Below, one piece after another: positions 14,058 to 15,238 of a stretch of DNA of 15,238 nucleotides; the first letter of the stretch is position 1; every line of letters begins with the position of its first letter. This DNA is from Lutibacter sp. (GTDB lineage: Bacteria; Bacteroidota; Bacteroidia; Flavobacteriales; Flavobacteriaceae): NCBI GenBank assembly GCA_036781305.1, contig DAIQBF010000048.1:1-15238 (forward strand), written 5' to 3'. Below the pieces are notes generated by a model. The model was given only the letters and a program-made list of their open reading frames with translations, ran no database searches and was not told the origin of the DNA. A program made the position numbers and the translations under genes.

Positions 14058-14486
14058 ATGGAAATATTAGACGTAACGCAAATCGAACCAAGACTTAAAC
14101 ATCCAACAATTTTTCAAAAATTTGCTGATTTAAAAGAAGGAGAATCTTTCATTATCCACAATAATCACAATCCAAAACCATTATATTAAAATATGATTGA
14201 CGAAAGAGGACAAGCATTCGATTGGGAATATCTATTGGAAGAACCCGATTTTTGGAAAGTTAAAATCAGCAAATTAATTACTGGAGAAAAGACTACGACA
14301 CTAGGAGAACTTGCGGCTGTCGATTATAGAAAATCAGCAGTTTTGGGCAAATCTGGCCTCGATTTTTCTTGTGGAAGTAAAAAATCGCCTAATGAAGTTT
14401 GCAAGGAGAAACATGTTCATTTAGAAAATAACATTCTTTTTCCCAAAGTAATTCAAACGGAAAAAAGAGTGGTTGAATTAGCATGA
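14058..14486 (+). pseudogene. decayed DUF2249 / RIC (ScdA_N, iron-sulfur repair di-iron protein) gene with an in-frame TAA and a large internal deletion
   Basis: ATG 14058 and ORF 14193 share one frame, separated by a TAA at 14187-14189. Read through, the sequence is ...FIIHNNHNPKPLY*NMIDERGQAFDWEYLLEEPDFWKVKISK, a continuous DUF2249-like domain in which Tyr (tat) is expected at the stop. Then comes LGELAAVDYRKSAVLGKSGLDFSCGSKK..CKEK, resembling the YtfE/RIC N-terminus but with the CC pair changed to SC. It joins directly to HVHLENNILFPKV, the extreme RIC C-terminus, so about 160 aa of the di-iron domain are missing. Confidence 0.6.
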
Positions 14487-14959
14487 GCACTGTATATTTA
14501 ATATCGGTTTTTATCCATGTAATTTGTGCAGCATTTTGGATAGGCGGAATGCTCTTTATCCCACTTATATTGGTGCCGGGCATTAAACAACAACCCAATC
14601 GTATATTGCTGCTTTATAAAACCGGAATTAAATTTCGATTTTATGGTTGGATTTCAATCATAATATTATTTATTACCGGATTTTTAAATATGTATTTTAG
14701 GGGTTTGCCTTTTACATTGGATTTTTTTACCAACAGCAATTATGGGAAATTATTGGGCATAAAATTAGGTCTTTTTGTTTTAATGTTGCTTATTGCCGGA
14801 ATTCATGATTTTTATTATGGCATAAAATCAATAAATGAAATGCAACAGACAAGCAATCATAAATATAAGCTAATGGCCCGATGGACTGGGATGCTTAATT
14901 TGCTACTGGCCTTAGCAATCGCTTTCTTGGGTATCGCTTTATCAAGAGGAGGATTTTAA
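14483..14959 (+). CDS. CopD-like integral membrane protein (putative)
   Basis: The 158-aa product has 4 TM segments. The N-terminal HVICAAFWIGGMLF matches the H-x3-A-x2-W-x-GG signature I associate with CopD-domain proteins. The start overlaps the upstream stop by 4 nt (ATGA). Confidence 0.5.
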   Translation: MSTVYLISVFIHVICAAFWIGGMLFIPLILVPGIKQQPNRILLLYKTGIKFRFYGWISIIILFITGFLNMYFRGLPFTLDFFTNSNYGKLLGIKLGLFVLMLLIAGIHDFYYGIKSINEMQQTSNHKYKLMARWTGMLNLLLALAIAFLGIALSRGGF

Positions 14960-14968
14960 AAAGATGAT

Positions 14969-15238
14969 ATGTTTCCTCATTTAATAGCTGAAACTAAAAC
15001 AAAAAAAATATTTATGGGAGAACATGAACAGACAAGACATCTTATTAAGCAACTCGGAACTTTAAAAAAAGACACTTGTGAATTGGCGTTAAAATTATCA
15101 GAAAATTACCTTAGGTTTGAAGAAAAGTTAATGTTTCCCTATTTAGAGAATACGCTTCATTCAAATAAATTGGCCACTATTGGAAAAGCCTTGTCGAAAA
15201 TAGAAATTACAGCTCAAAAAATTACGCATAAATTTTGA
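14969..15238 (+). CDS. short hemerythrin-like (HHE cation-binding) domain protein, possibly N-terminally truncated
   Basis: MFPHL...GEHEQTRHLIKQL...LRFEEKLMFPYLE carries the E-x-x-LFP and H/E motifs of the second half of a hemerythrin-like domain. No first H...HxxxE helix pair is present. The stop, TGA, is the last codon of the window. Confidence 0.45.
   Translation: MFPHLIAETKTKKIFMGEHEQTRHLIKQLGTLKKDTCELALKLSENYLRFEEKLMFPYLENTLHSNKLATIGKALSKIEITAQKITHKF

Noticed and set aside
14187-14189. Programmed read-through or reassignment of the in-frame TAA in the DUF2249-like gene
   Set aside because: TAA terminates most other genes in this window (ggt, permease, ORF6N, DUF1697, methyltransferase, GxxExxY, fdhD). 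A nonsense mutation (tat to taa) or a base-call error is much more parsimonious.
1-15238. tRNA, rRNA, tmRNA, RNase P or other canonical RNA genes, and transposase, integrase or invertase genes
   Set aside because: I found no T-loop/GTTCGAATC-like signatures, no rRNA-like conserved blocks and no ORF with recombinase or transposase motifs. The mobile-looking elements here are all non-autonomous.

Overview
This is an AT-rich segment (roughly one-third G+C by eye) that looks like a Flavobacteriia/Bacteroidota chromosome. Supporting signs are TAnnTTTG-type -7 boxes, GxxExxY and ORF6N genes, and many families of short GC-rich intergenic repeats. All credible genes lie on the + strand, in this order. 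(1) A 5'-truncated gamma-glutamyltranspeptidase. (2) An AI-2E family permease. (3) A ~900-bp gap filled with repeats. (4) A tightly packed ORF6N / DUF1697 / THUMP-like SAM-methyltransferase trio. (5) An NAD-type formate dehydrogenase operon: a fused NuoE/NuoF-like subunit, a Cys-type molybdopterin alpha subunit and FdhD, split by an inserted GxxExxY gene cassette. (6) A ~2-kb very AT-rich islet with three small membrane or secreted orphan ORFs. (7) A decayed NO/iron-stress cluster: a DUF2249-RIC remnant with an in-frame stop, a CopD-like membrane protein and a short hemerythrin-like ORF. I saw no transposase, integrase, invertase, CRISPR array, tRNA or rRNA, and no convincing new multi-gene defence-type system. 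The most unusual content is repeat biology. One GC-rich ~19-24-bp unit sits in-frame inside two unrelated conserved genes in opposite orientations, much like Rickettsia palindromic elements. A nested-palindrome MITE-like element occurs twice, with its core flipped relative to conserved flanks. Two genes (GxxExxY and fdhD) are each bracketed by inverted arrays of short tandem repeats (10-mers and 7-mers). All family assignments come from reading motifs by eye; no searches were run.
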